Source: Eledone cirrhosa (Eukaryota). From it: DNA of 64,000 nucleotides. The stretch covers positions 140,988,001 to 141,052,000 of the forward strand of contig OZ024742.1 in NCBI GenBank assembly GCA_964016885.1. The letters are read 5' to 3'. Under the pieces are notes generated by a model. That model saw nothing but the letters and a program-made list of their open reading frames with translations. It ran no database searches and was not told the DNA's origin. The translations under genes and the position numbers were made by a program. Positions 1 to 12,460 of this stretch are shown here, piece by piece; within the stretch, counting starts at the first letter, position 1; each line of letters begins with the position of its first letter.

Positions 1-868
1 TATTCTCTAGCTCCTCTACTGATTCTGCCATAAGAGCCAGATCGTCAGCATAGAGAAGTTCCCATGGACAGCCAGTCTTAAACTCCTCTGTTATGGCTTG
101 GAGGACTATAATGAACAAGAGCGGGCTGAGGACCGAACCCTGATGTACTCCTACTTGTATCTGGAATTCCTCACTAAACTCCATTCCTACCCTGACTTTA
201 CTGAGAGTACCTCTGTACAAAGTTTGCACTGTCCTTACAAGCCATTCCTCAACACCCAGCTTCCTTAGGGACCACCAGATGACAGATCGGGGTACCCTAT
301 CAAAGGCCTTCTCTAAGTCAACAAAGGCTAAGTATAGTGGCTTATTCTTCTCTAAGAACCTCTCTTGCATTTGTCTCACCAAGAAGAGGGCATCTGTTGT
401 ACTCTTCCCAGGCACAAAACCAAACTGCATCTCATCTAGTTTGACCCTTTCTCTAATTAGTTGTGCTAGAATCCTTTCTGCCACTTTCATAACCTGATCT
501 ATCAGTTTTATACCCCTATAATTGCTCCTCTCCAAAGCATCCCCTTTACCTTTGTAGCAATTTATGAGAATACTGCTGCACCAGTCTTTGGGTATGACAC
601 CACCATATATAGCCTGATTGATTATGCGTGCAACCAGTTTAGTGCCTACGTCCCCTGATGCCTTCAGCATCTCAGCAACTATTCCCGATGGTCTGGCAGC
701 CTTACCATTTTTCATTTCCCTAATCGCCTCTTGGACCCTATATTCGTCAATCTCAATAGCTGGTCCCTCTGTCGGATCTACCAAGGGTAATTTCTCTCTC
801 TCCCATTCGTTCTCCACATTCATCAGTCTCTCATAATGACATTTCCAGGCCTCCTTTTTCTGGTCATT
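1..868 (-). mobile_element. RTE-clade LINE family A, 5'-truncated copy running off the window edge (RT region)
   Basis: Reverse complement is near-identical to ~2920-3770. It retains a 21-bp segment and a G that the + copy lacks. The 5' break abuts a (TA/CA) microsatellite. Confidence 0.92.
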
Positions 869-890
869 ACATATATATATATATATATAC

Positions 891-921
<31 letters not shown>

Positions 922-1029
922 CACAGATACATATATATATACACATACATACATATATATATATACACATACATATATATAGACATACATACATATATTT
1001 ATATATATTTGTATATATATATATATTTG

Positions 1030-1060
<31 letters not shown>

Positions 1061-1090
1061 TATATATATATTTATATATATATATATATT
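869..1090. repeat. (TA)n/(TACA)n microsatellite
   Basis: Direct inspection. Confidence 0.95.
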
Positions 1091-1092
1091 CA

Positions 1093-1444
1093 CTCTAACA
1101 AAATACACCCCCGTCCCACTACCCCCACCCCATCCACACCACCCCTTTCAATGTAAAGTTATGTTGGTACCACAACATCCAGTCCGAAATAAATGAGGTC
1201 ATGTAGGTGTCACGACAAAAAAACACACAGTCCACGCTGTAATGTGGCCGTGTAGGTAACACGGTAAAAACCTCCCAGTCCACACTGTAAACGTGGTTGG
1301 TGTTAGGAAGGGCATCCAACTGTAGAAAACCTGCCAGACAGTCCTATGCGAGCAAGACAATCACTCTTGCCTCAAGTGGGACTACCCCCGTCCAAACCCA
1401 TGCAAGCGTGGAACACGGACGTTAAACGTTGATGATGATGATGA
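1093..1444 (+). mobile_element. 3' UTR fragment of RTE family C with (GAT)n tail
   Basis: Matches 5835-6199; ends ...ggaacacggacgttaaacgtt(gat)n. Confidence 0.85.
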
Positions 1445-1445
1445 C

Positions 1446-1478
<33 letters not shown>

Positions 1479-1520
1479 CACATACATACATATATATGTA
1501 TGTATGTGTATATATATATA

Positions 1521-4500
1521 TGCAGTAAAATGGAGGGGTAGAGAGGGCCCTTGAGTCTAGTAAGACATCCTCTCTAGTGCTGGTGGCACAAATAAAAGCA
1601 CCCAGTCCATGCTGTAAAGTGGCGCTGGTGTTAGGAAGGGCATCCAACCAGTGTATCAATGCGAAAACGCTTATCAGCACAGCAACAAATAGGAACAACA
1701 ACAAAATATGAAGACGTCGCATCTCAGAGTTGCAACACTTAATGTTGGCACTCTCAGAGGTAGATCTGCTGAAATAGCGGAGATGCTGGAGAGAAGGCAG
1801 GTGGATGTGTGCTGCGTGCAAGAGGTGAGATGGAGAGGTGCCTCTGCGAGACTAGTCGTAGGCAAGCGTCTTAGCTATAAGCTATTCTGGGTAGGTAAGG
1901 ATGATGGGCTAGGGGGAGTAGGCATTTTCCTGGCTGAGAAATGGATCAATAAGACAATAGAGGTAGTTTGAGTTAGTAATCGAATAATTAAGCTTAGATT
2001 AGTTGTAGGTAGGAGACTACTGACAATCATCTCGGCCTCTGCTCCCCAAGCAGGCCTAGGCAAAGATGAGAAAGACTGCTTTTATGAGCAACTTTTGCAA
2101 ACAACCGCAATGACAGAGGACGGAGACATCGTTATGCTAGCAGGAGACTTCAATGGTCATGTTGGACAGCTCCAGGATGATTACACTGGGGTACATGGTG
2201 GGCACAGTTACGGTTCAAGAAATGAAGACGGAGTGAGACTTCTTGAATTTTGTGATGCGGGTACATTGACTATTTGCAACACAAACTTCCAGAAACCTGC
2301 CAATCACCTCATAACCTACAAATCTGGTGAGCACATAAGCCAGATTGACTTCCTGCTAGTTAGGCAGCGGGACAGGCAGATAGTGTCTAATACCAAGGCA
2401 TACCCTGGGGAAGAATGTACCCCACAGCATAGGTTAGTTGTTAGTGATATCTCAGTAAGCAAGAGATGGAATGAGACATTTAGGAAAGCCCTTCAAGATG
2501 TGTATGACGAAAAAGAAGACGATTTAGAGACGTATGACATAGATAATAACTGGAATTTCTTACGTGACAACTTGCTGAAGGCTACTGATGAAACCTGTGG
2601 CTGGAGCAGAGCTCCAACCAGACAGAGAGTGACCTGGTGGTGGAACAGCACAGTAGATAAGGCTATTAGAGACAAAATACTAGCATGGAAGGCTTGGAAA
2701 AAGGGTGGGAGTAGGGAAGAATATACAGCCACTAAGAGAGAAGCTAGACGTCAGGTGTACTTAGCACGCAGGGAGGCAGAGAGTAGGAGGTTTGCCAATG
2801 TTCTGCGACGGGAAGATCAGAGGCGTGCGGTGTTCCACATTGCAAGGCAGTGTGTCAATGCAAATCAGGATGTTGTTGGAGATAAATGTGTCCGGGATGA
2901 TGCCGGTGTACTTAGTGTCACGAATGATCAGAAAAAGGAGGCCTGGAAATGTCATTATGAGAGACTGATGAATGTGGAGAACGAATGGGAGAGAGAGAAA
3001 TTACCCTTGGTAGAGTCGACAGAGGGACCAGCTATTGAGATTGATGAATATAGGGTCCAAGAGGCGATTAGGGAAATGAAAAATGGTAAGGCTGCCAGAC
3101 CATCGGGAATAGTTGCTGAGATGCTGAAAGCATCAGGGGATGTAGGCACTAAACTGGTTGCACGCATCATCAATCAGGCTATATATGGTGGTGTCATACC
3201 CAAAGACTGGTGCAGCAAAGGTAAAGGGGATACTTTGGAGAGGAGCAATTATAGGGGTATAAAACTGATAGATCAGGTTATGAAATGGCAGAAAGGATTT
3301 TAGCACAACTAATTAGAGAAAGGGTCAAACTAGATGAGATGCAGTTTGGTTTTGTGCCTGGGAAGAGTACAACAGATGCCCTCTTCTTGGTGAGACAATT
3401 GCAAGAGAGGTTCTTAGAGAAGAATAAGCCACTATACTTATCCTTTGTTGACCTAGAGAAGGCCTTTGATAGGGTACCCCGATCTATCATCTGGTGGTCC
3501 CTAAGGAAGCTAGGTGTTGAGGAATGGCTTGTGAGGACAGTGCAAACTTTGTACAGAGGTACTCTCAGTAAAGTCAGGGTAGGAATGGAGTTTAGTGAGG
3601 AATTCCAGATACAAGTAGGAGTACATCAGGGTTTGGTCCTCAGCCCGCTCTTGTTCATTATAGTCCTCCAAGCCATAACAGAGGAGTTTAAGACTGGCTG
3701 TCCATGGGAACTTCTCTATGCTGACGATCTGGTTCTTATAGCAGAATCAGTAGAGGAGCTAGAGAATAAATTCTGGCTATGGAAACAGCAGTTGGAAGCA
3801 AGAGGACTGAGAGTGAATCTAGCTAAGACAAAAGTGTTGATGAGTAGAAAAGAGGACAAAACCCTGATTCCGTCAGGGAAATGGCCATGTTCTATATGCA
3901 GAAAAGGAACTGGCATAAATTCTATAAAATGCACACAATGCAGATCCTGGGTACACAAGATATGTAGCGGGATAGCAGGCAAACTAACAGGTAGGGAGAA
4001 ATATGTATGCAGTAGATGTACAGGGAAATTAGACAGTAGAAATCGCACTGATAGACACATTTTTCAAATGCAAGAGGGAGCTATAGAAGTGGTGGATAGC
4101 TTCCGGTACCTAGGAGATCCGATTAGCATGGGAGGAGGGTGTTCCGAGGCCATAGTATCTAGAATAAGGACGGGTTGGAAGAAGTTTAGGGAGCTGCTTC
4201 CTCTGTTGACGAAGAAGGGTTTCTCCCTGCGTACGAAAGGCCGGTTGTATGATGCCTGTGTGAGGAGCGCGATGCTGCATGGTAGTGAGACATGGGCAGC
4301 AACTGCAGAGGATATGCGACGGCTGGAGAGAAATGAGGCAAGCATGCTCCGTTGGATGTGCAGTGTAAATGTGCGTGAATGACCCAGCATAAATGTGTTG
4401 AGAGAGAAACTGTGTCTGAGAGAGATAGAATGTAGTGTACGGGAGAGGAGACTGAGGTGGTATGGACATGTAATGCGCATGGAGGATGACCGATGGGTGA

Positions 4501-4712
4501 AGAAGTGCCAGGAATTGCCAGTTGAAGGAAGACGTGGTAGAGGTAGACCACGAAAAACATGGGCGGAGGTGGTGAGAACAGACCTCAGATCATTGAAGCT
4601 CACGGTGGAGATGACGAGGGACCGTGACGAGTGGAGAGATGCTGTGCTGACTAAGACCCGTCCCACCCTTGCAAGCAGGGAAAAGCGGACGTAAAATGAT
4701 GATGATGATGAT
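1521..4712 (+). mobile_element. Near full-length RTE-clade LINE family A (APE endonuclease + RT), inactivated
   Basis: ORF starts at 1708 with LRVATLNVGTL, VCCVQEVRW, AGDFNGHVG, SQIDFLL (APE). RT motifs [25 protein letters not shown] and C-terminal RRLRWYGHV. Premature TGA at 1969 and 4380, frameshift near 3285, stop at 4694 followed by a (GAT)n tail. Confidence 0.95.
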
Positions 4713-4715
4713 ATA

Positions 4716-4896
4716 CACACTGTAAATGAGGTTGGTGTTAGGAAGGGCATCCAGCTGTAGAAATCAAGCCAAATCAGTTCCTGTATGAGCAAGGCATGGT
4801 CAGCCGACCAGACACTGCCCACAACAGGAAAACCCGTCTAACCCATGCTAGCGTGGAAGAACGGACGTAAAACGGTGATGATGATGATGATGATGA
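4716..4896 (+). mobile_element. 3' terminal fragment of RTE family B
   Basis: Near-identical to 17880-18047; ends aaaacggt(gat)n. Confidence 0.85.
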
Positions 4897-4939
4897 TATA
4901 TATACACATACATATATATATATATATATATACACATAT

Positions 4940-5284
4940 GGAGGCACATGGCTTAGTGGTTAGAGCATTGGGCTTGCAATCGAAAGGTTGTGAGTTCAAT
5001 TCTCAGACCGGGTGATGTGTTGTTTCCTTGAGCAAGACACTTTATTTCACATTCATTGCTCCAGTTTACTCAGCTGTAGAAATGAGATGATAGGGACTGG
5101 AGTACCTATCATTCCACTGCAAAGTGGTCGTGGCGGTGCCACGGCAAAAAGCACCCAGTACTCACTGTAAATGAGGTTGGTGTTAGGAAGGCCATCCAGC
5201 TGTAGAAATCAAGCCAGAATCAGTTCCCGTCCCACCCTTGCAAGCAAGGAAAAGCGGACGTAAAATGATGATGATGATGATGAT
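4940..5284 (+). mobile_element. tRNA-headed SINE with RTE-derived body and family-A 3' tail
   Basis: A box (tggcttagtgg) and B box (gagttcaattc), central ccttgagcaagacac motif, RTE module, and tail cccttgcaagcaaggaaaagcggacgtaaaa(tga)n as at 4666-4712. Confidence 0.85.
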
Positions 5285-5524
5285 ACATATATATATATAT
5301 ATACACATACATATATATATATATATATATACACATACATATATATATATATATATACACACACACATATATATACACACACATATATATATACATATAT
5401 ATATATATATACACATACATATATATACACATACATATATATATACACATACATATGTGTATATATATGTATGTGTATATATATATATATATACACATAC
5501 ATATATATACACATACATATATAT

Positions 5525-5593
<69 letters not shown>

Positions 5594-5602
5594 GATATAT
5601 AT

Positions 5603-5645
<43 letters not shown>

Positions 5646-5654
5646 CATATATAT

Positions 5655-5696
<42 letters not shown>
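5285..5696. repeat. (TA)/(CA) compound microsatellite
   Basis: Direct inspection. Confidence 0.95.
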
Positions 5697-5698
<2 letters not shown>

Positions 5699-6199
5699 CT
5701 GATAAACTCCGACATCACACACTTACACCTCTCCAAGACAATGTCACTGGACCGAGACCTTTGGCGGTACTCAGTAACAGAGAAGACCCGCCTTACCTAA
5801 ATATATAGTAAAACCTACTCCAGCCAGTAGGCATCTCTAACAAAATACACCCCGTCCCACCACCACCACCCCCACCCGATCCACACCACCCCGTTCTATG
5901 TAAAGTTATGTTGGTGCCGCGCCATCGAGGCCGAAACAAATGAGATCGTGTAGGTGTCACGACAAAAAAACACACAGTCCACGCTGTAATGTGGCCATGT
6001 AGGCAACACGGTAAAAACCTGCCAGACCCACACTGTAAATGTGGTTGGTGTTAGGAAGGGCATCCAACTGTAGAAAACCTGCCAGACAGTCCTATGCGAG
6101 CAAGACAATCACTCTTGCCTCAAGTGGGACTACCCCCGTCCAAACCCATGCAAGCGTGGAACACGGACGTTAAACGTTGATGATGATGATGATGATGAT
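5697..6199 (+). mobile_element. RTE family C 3' end (ORF end + long 3' UTR)
   Basis: ORF end matches 40230-40334 ([29 protein letters not shown]); (GAT)n tail. Confidence 0.88.
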
Positions 6200-6245
6200 A
6201 CACATACATATATATACACATATATACACATACATATATATACAC

Positions 6246-6276
<31 letters not shown>

Positions 6277-6291
6277 CATATATATACACAC

Positions 6292-6322
<31 letters not shown>

Positions 6323-6415
6323 TATATATACACATATATATATATATATATATACACATATATATATATATACACACATATATATATATATACACATATA
6401 TATATATATACACAC

Positions 6416-6446
<31 letters not shown>

Positions 6447-6697
6447 TATATATATATATACACACATATATATATATACACATATATATATATATATACA
6501 TATATATACACATATATATATATATACACATATATATATATATATATACACACATATATATATATATATATACACATACATATATATATATACACATACA
6601 TACATATATATATACACACATACATACATATATATACACATATACATACATATATATATACACACATACATACATATATATATACACACATACATAC

Positions 6698-6735
<38 letters not shown>

Positions 6736-7050
6736 CATACATATATATATACACATACATACATATATATACACATACATACATATATATACACATACAT
6801 ACATATATATACACACACATACATATATATACACACACATACATATATATACACACACATACATATATATACACACACATACATATATATACACACACAT
6901 ACATATATATACACACACATACATATATATACACACACATACATATATATACACACACATACATATATATACACACACATACATATATATACACACACAT
7001 ACATATATATACACACACATACATATATATACACACACATACATATATAT

Positions 7051-7105
<55 letters not shown>

Positions 7106-7180
7106 TACATATATATACATATATATATACACACATACATATATATACATATATATACATATATATATACACACATACAT

Positions 7181-7213
<33 letters not shown>

Positions 7214-7274
7214 CATATATATACATATATATATATATATATACATATATGTATATATATATACATGCATAGAT

Positions 7275-7319
<45 letters not shown>

Positions 7320-7533
7320 CATGCATACATATACATGCATAGATACATTCATATATATACATATATACATACATAGACACACATATATACATACATAGAT
7401 ACATACATACAGATACATATATATATATATACATACATACATACATACATACATACACATACATACATATACATACATATATATATACATATACATATAT
7501 ATACATATACATATACACACACACATATATATA
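6200..7533. repeat. Long (TA)/(CA) microsatellite with a homogenised 20-bp unit acacacacatacatatatat at ~6811-7070
   Basis: Direct inspection; about 13 consecutive 20-bp units. Confidence 0.95.
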
Positions 7534-7534
7534 T

Positions 7535-7740
7535 AAGTGCCAAGAAATCCCAGTAGAAGGATTACGCAGTAGAGGAAGTCCACGAAAAACATGGGCGGAG
7601 GTGGTGAGAGCAGACTTCAGATCACTGAAGCTCACGGAGATGATGAAGGACCGTGACAAGTGGAGAGATACTGTGCTGAATAGGACCCGTCCCACCCTTG
7701 CAAGCAGGGAAAAGCGGACGTAAAATGATGATGATGATGA

Positions 7741-7741
<1 letters not shown>
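7535..7741 (+). mobile_element. RTE family A-like 3' end
   Basis: Similar to 4503-4712, with the same tail. Confidence 0.85.
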
Positions 7742-7774
<33 letters not shown>

Positions 7775-7809
7775 GACACATACATATATACATATACATA
7801 TATATACTC

Positions 7810-8190
7810 TGTAAGTGAAACCCAAGTGCAGTGCCTGCAAAAATTCAGCAAAAATTGAAGTGCAACATATGTGGCCAATTTCTATTAAGAACTGGATTTG
7901 TCAGCCATCTGAAGTCACATGAGCCAGGGAGATATCAAGCCACTTGTGAGATCGTTCTACTGCCATGCTCTCCACAGCACATTTGCAATGAGTGTGGCTT
8001 AATTTGCAAGTCAGATAGTGGACTGACCCGACATGGCAGAATACATGAAGATCCCCCCCCCCCAGCTTGTGTATGTGCCAGCAAAACAGAAGTGGGTCTG
8101 AAAAGTCACCTGCGTGCACATGATCTTGCAATGTTCAATGAAGGATGGCACTCTTCTGGCAAAAAGTAGCAATCGACATTATATATACAT
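7810..8190 (+). mobile_element. 3' end of a BovB-like RTE LINE with C-terminal C2H2 zinc fingers
   Basis: CNICG...SHLKSH, CNECGLICKSDSGLTRHGRIH and GLKSHLRAH without TGEKP linkers. This resembles the terminal zinc fingers of BovB-type RTEs. Truncated against a microsatellite. Confidence 0.55.
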
Positions 8191-8405
8191 AATATATATT
8201 TACAGTAGCCTTAGGGCAGCATTTTGCATAATAGGGTTTTTAATGAAAGCATATACTATATGTTTACATACAATAAAAATATGGGAGCGAGCCTTGCTAC
8301 CAAAGAAAAAATATTTTTTCATTACGAAAAAATTATTTTTCTATCTTTTGCCCTGTGAATATGCCGTATGCTTTCATATACACCCCTATTTTATTTATGT
8401 GTGTG

Positions 8406-8477
<72 letters not shown>

Positions 8478-9589
8478 CATGAAATTTACTTATATAGTCA
8501 TAGTGTATGACTCTTGCCCAAGGTGAAATGTTGTGAAATCAAACCTGAATGTGTTTACAAAGAAAATTTCTTAACCACACAGTCATGTCTGTGTCTATCA
8601 ATTAATGTAGCAACTTTCATATGAATTACAACATGTAACCATAGAATAAATTAAAAATTTACATGAAATATTCATCACCCTATTATGAATCAATACACAA
8701 TCAAAACGATGAAAAATTAAATAAAAATAGATTTTGAATGTTTTCTTGATTTGTTATCAGAATGTTATTAGTAGTAAAAAATAGAAAATATTTTTAGCTC
8801 ACGGAATTTCATATATCTTCATGGTAAACAAATATTAAGATTGGAAAATAACTTCCTACCTAAAAAAAATAAAAAAGAGAAAAGGAATAAATAAAAATGA
8901 AATTGATGATTAAATTTAAAGCACCAAGATCTTATCAATATGTTTAAAATGTGTAACAAAAGAGAAAGCAGTCAAATGAGAAAAATTACATTACTGATAT
9001 ATAAAGAAGAACATGTGTAGCATAAACATGTTAGACCTCCTTCAGTTCAGATGACTCTTCCAGTTGCTTGAAAAACAAAACAGCCTGCTTATGAAATTTA
9101 CATGCACATAGCTGGGCATACCACAGACTTGTGTATCCTTAATGTAAGTCCTTGGAAATTCATCTTGACACAGTGTGCAATGACGACAATAAATATGAAG
9201 AAGTAGAAGAAGAAAGACAAAGTTTGCTTTGACAAGATTTGAACTAAGAGCACAGAGAGCTAGAAGAACTATTGCAAAGCATTCTATCTAACGCCCTGAT
9301 AATGCTACCAATTCTTGAACCAGTAACTCACCCCAACAAATTCTGTGCTTGTGAAGCTAGTTATCATCATCATTGTTTTTCAATGTTAGCAATATTTGGA
9401 CAAGACTTTTGGGGTCAGTATTCTACAACTAAATGCCTTTTCTGATGCCAATGCTCACTTGTTTTGTTTTTTCAAGTGAGGGACAGATCTTTGCATGTCT
9501 AACAGTTAAGCCATGGAACATCTGTTTATGCAGGACATAAACATCACCACCTGTATTAGAAATATCAAATGTGAAATTAAGACAGAGAC

Positions 9590-9750
9590 AATGGGTCCTG
9601 TACAGTTTCTGTTTATGAAATCCACTTTCAAAGCATTGGTCACTCTAAGGCTATAGTAGAAGACACTTGTCCAATATGCTATACAATGGGATAAAACCCA
9701 AAGCCATGCGGTTCTGAGTGAACTTCTTAATCACACAGCCATGCCTACAC
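9590..9750 (-). mobile_element. Old tRNA-derived SINE (other copies e.g. 13960-14300 +, 22310-22460 -, 30570-30730 +, 44930-45050 -, 49430-49590 -)
   Basis: Minus strand begins gcatggctgtgtgattaagaag (A box) and carries an ...rcaagtgtcttctactatagc core that recurs across the window. Confidence 0.7.
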
Positions 9751-9879
9751 CTAATACTGAAATCATAAGCTCTGTAAAGTAGAGATAAGATCTCAATAAG
9801 CAAGTTCAGCAACTTGATTTCCATTCCTGGTTTTAGCTGTTTGACATCACTTAATTAATTCAATCGACCAAAAGGTCTT

Positions 9880-10200
9880 TTGTGTAATGTTACTTGATAG
9901 AGTGCATAGCTCAAAGATCAGGAAGATACTCTAGGTAGAGCTGCTACTTCTCTACATTGAGAGATCACAGCTCTGGTACTACAGACATGCAGTTAGAATG
10001 TCTAAAGTGCTGAATAGATTTTATGGGCAAAACCAATTGGCAGGAGTCCCAGAGGCAACTACAAGCAAGATAGTTGAATAACATCCACAAGCTTGGTTAC
10101 TCTCCCTTGGGATCTAGCCAGATCATTTGAAGATAGTTGCTTCTAATAGGAGCATCAAAAAGGTGTGTTTGAATAAATAGGCAAAGAAGATGAAAAAAGA
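9880..10200 (+). mobile_element. Degenerate Rex3/Expander-like RTE C-terminal fragment
   Basis: Residual peptide DRVHSSKIR...LLLLYIERSQLWYYRHAVRM. Confidence 0.5.
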
Positions 10201-11564
10201 TGAACAACACATAACATTATATCCCCCCTCAAAAACAAGAAATTGATGTTTTAATATAATTATTATCGATCTGATTGTAAATATTTTTCATGATACAATT
10301 AATTATATCCATAAATATAATTTTTAGATAGGGTGGCATTGCACAATCAACAGACCATGTTTGCTTCATTTCTATCCATCTTCATAGATATTTCCACATT
10401 CTATGACAATGACTCACTACCATGCACTCTTCTTATACATGTTTCTAAGAGAGAAAAATATAGACTCCAGTAATTTACCAAATTTTTATCAACCTAAAAA
10501 GAATGAAGGGCAATATTTACTTTGGCAGAAATTGAACTTAGAGAGCAGAGTTAAACAGGGCAAATACTGGAGGGCGTTCTGTCTGATGTTCTAATAACCA
10601 CATACCTATAAGTATTATCATGTTTATATATATGTGTGTGTGTATTTTATATATATATGTAGAGAGAGAGAGACTTATTAACACACACACAAAATAGTAA
10701 TTTAAGTGTTCTAGGTACTACTACCTCTAAAAAAAGAAAGAAAAAAAAGAGAATTCAATATGTTTATGTCTGTGGCTTTTTATATGCTTGTAGCAAGAGA
10801 TCACCTGTGGAAATCACATTCCCAAAGAATCTCCAATTTGAATTCACTCACTTATCAGAATCTAATTAATACTATGGAATCTGGAGAAGCCAATATGCTT
10901 ATTCTCACAGTGGAGCAAATGATACATTTGGCAAATGGACAACTAGCTTGCAGAAAACCTGGATTTTGTTGGGGGTTTTTTCTGCTAGAATGTAAGGACA
11001 CTGAAAGCTATAGAAACACAAACTCTGGTCATATGTCAAAATTTTGACCATATGTCAAAATTTGAAAAAAGCCTTTTCAGTCCTATGTTAACATGGAAAA
11101 TAGCTATAATATTTTAATGCACAACAGAAATGATACCACCCTTGGTTAGGTAAACAATAAACTGCACTTGCAAGTAATAAGGTTTGAATTCATGCCAATA
11201 ATTGTTACACCATGACCAATTTTCACATCAGGAAGACAAGCAGACAAAAGAGGCTATATATATATATCTATATACTAGATATAGTAGATTTTAATGTATT
11301 GACTTCACTAGTGTGCAGTTGCATTAGAATGAAGGAAAGACTGTCTCTTCTCTTCCTGTACATTAATTTTATTTCCAGCTGGATTTATGACAACTACAGT
11401 CTAATAATATTTCCCTTATGTCAAACCCTAAGGAGGAAAGAGTATAAAAATATGTAGGCAGCTTAATTGTGATAACTTGAACTTACTTATACACTAAAAT
11501 AAATGAAATTCTTTCCAATTTACAATGCAAAACTGATGAAGATTTCCATAGCAGATAAACTTAA

Positions 11565-11823
11565 CCCTTTCATTTCCATATTTCTAATGAAAAATACTGT
11601 CTAAAGTTTTTCAAATCATTTTGAAAATAATGAAGAATTTGGAGGTATTTAGTAATATAACTAACTTTCTTATTATTGATCTGATGTTTGGAATATCTCC
11701 ATAACCTAGCAAAGGTTCTTACAAAAATTTATGGTAGAAGGTTTTTAGATAAACACTTTAAAAGTAACACTTTTATTAATTGTAGAACCAGGGACAGTTT
11801 CAGGCAGTTTGGTGTCAAAAGGG
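11565..11823. mobile_element. piggyBac-type MITE (related copies ~14420-14610, ~21080-21390, ~26060-26225, 27775-28013)
   Basis: TTAA on both sides (11561-64, 11824-27), termini CCCTTT...AAAGGG, dispersed homologous copies. Confidence 0.75.
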
Positions 11824-12338
11824 TTAAGTTATTGATTGTTCATAAGAGAATATTGTAGATAATTGTATCGAAGATACTGATACAATCATCAAAATAATAG
11901 CTCTAATAAAATATGTTTTAAAGGGAGAGAACAATTAACATATAAGTTTTTTTAATATACACTGCAGAAACACCACCAACAAAGAAAACAAGAAAAAGAG
12001 AGAACAGATAAGAAAAAAGCAAACTTTACGCTCTTTGTTGAACAGTATATCTCAGCTAAGCCCTGCAGACATGATAGCAAAAGTGTTGCCACAAATAACA
12101 ACTAATGACATCTGCTACATCAGCCCTTCCATCTTATGAGGTTCCTTCTACAGGTGGCAGTTCAAGGACTGTCATGCAATTTTATTTAAAATATTTTTCT
12201 ACAAATGTTCTGAGATTAATAGTTAAGAACCTACACCAGACTTATCTGATCTGAAAATTAATTATTAGACAATAACTGAATGGTTAAAATTAGTAATGGT
12301 TTTATGCAGACTTTTTAGAACTGTACTAGTTAGTCAGT

Positions 12339-12460
12339 ATCATCATCATCATCATTTTACGTCTGCTTTTCTCTACTTGCAAGGGTGGGACGGGAACTGA
12401 TTCTGGCTTGATTTCTACAGCTGGATGCCCTTCCTAACACCAACTTCATTTACAGTGAGT
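12339..12460 (-). mobile_element. 3' part of the RTE-tailed SINE
   Basis: Reverse complement matches 5160-5284. Confidence 0.75.

Noticed and set aside
4064-4822. Recurrent antisense ORFs (MGSVWSADHALL..., MGLPTPRFPST...)
   Set aside because: Antisense shadows of RTE copies; they recur only because the repeats do.
4940-5010. tRNA genes at SINE heads (also 60090-60160, 62061-62150)
   Set aside because: A/B boxes only, no full cloverleaf, and continuous with SINE bodies.
5183-7878. Long ORFs of up to 582 aa rich in Y/I/C/V/H/T (also 33985-36013, 37222-37602, 39566-40144, 48594-49218)
   Set aside because: Translations of (TA)/(CA) microsatellites, not genes.
7831-8169. Host C2H2 zinc-finger gene
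   Set aside because: No TGEKP linkers, no start or splice context, truncated at a microsatellite. It fits the terminal zinc fingers of a BovB-like RTE better.
12029-12200. Possible minus-strand exon ending at gc|gtaaag
   Set aside because: All frames contain stops and there is no clear acceptor; could be UTR but is unsupported.
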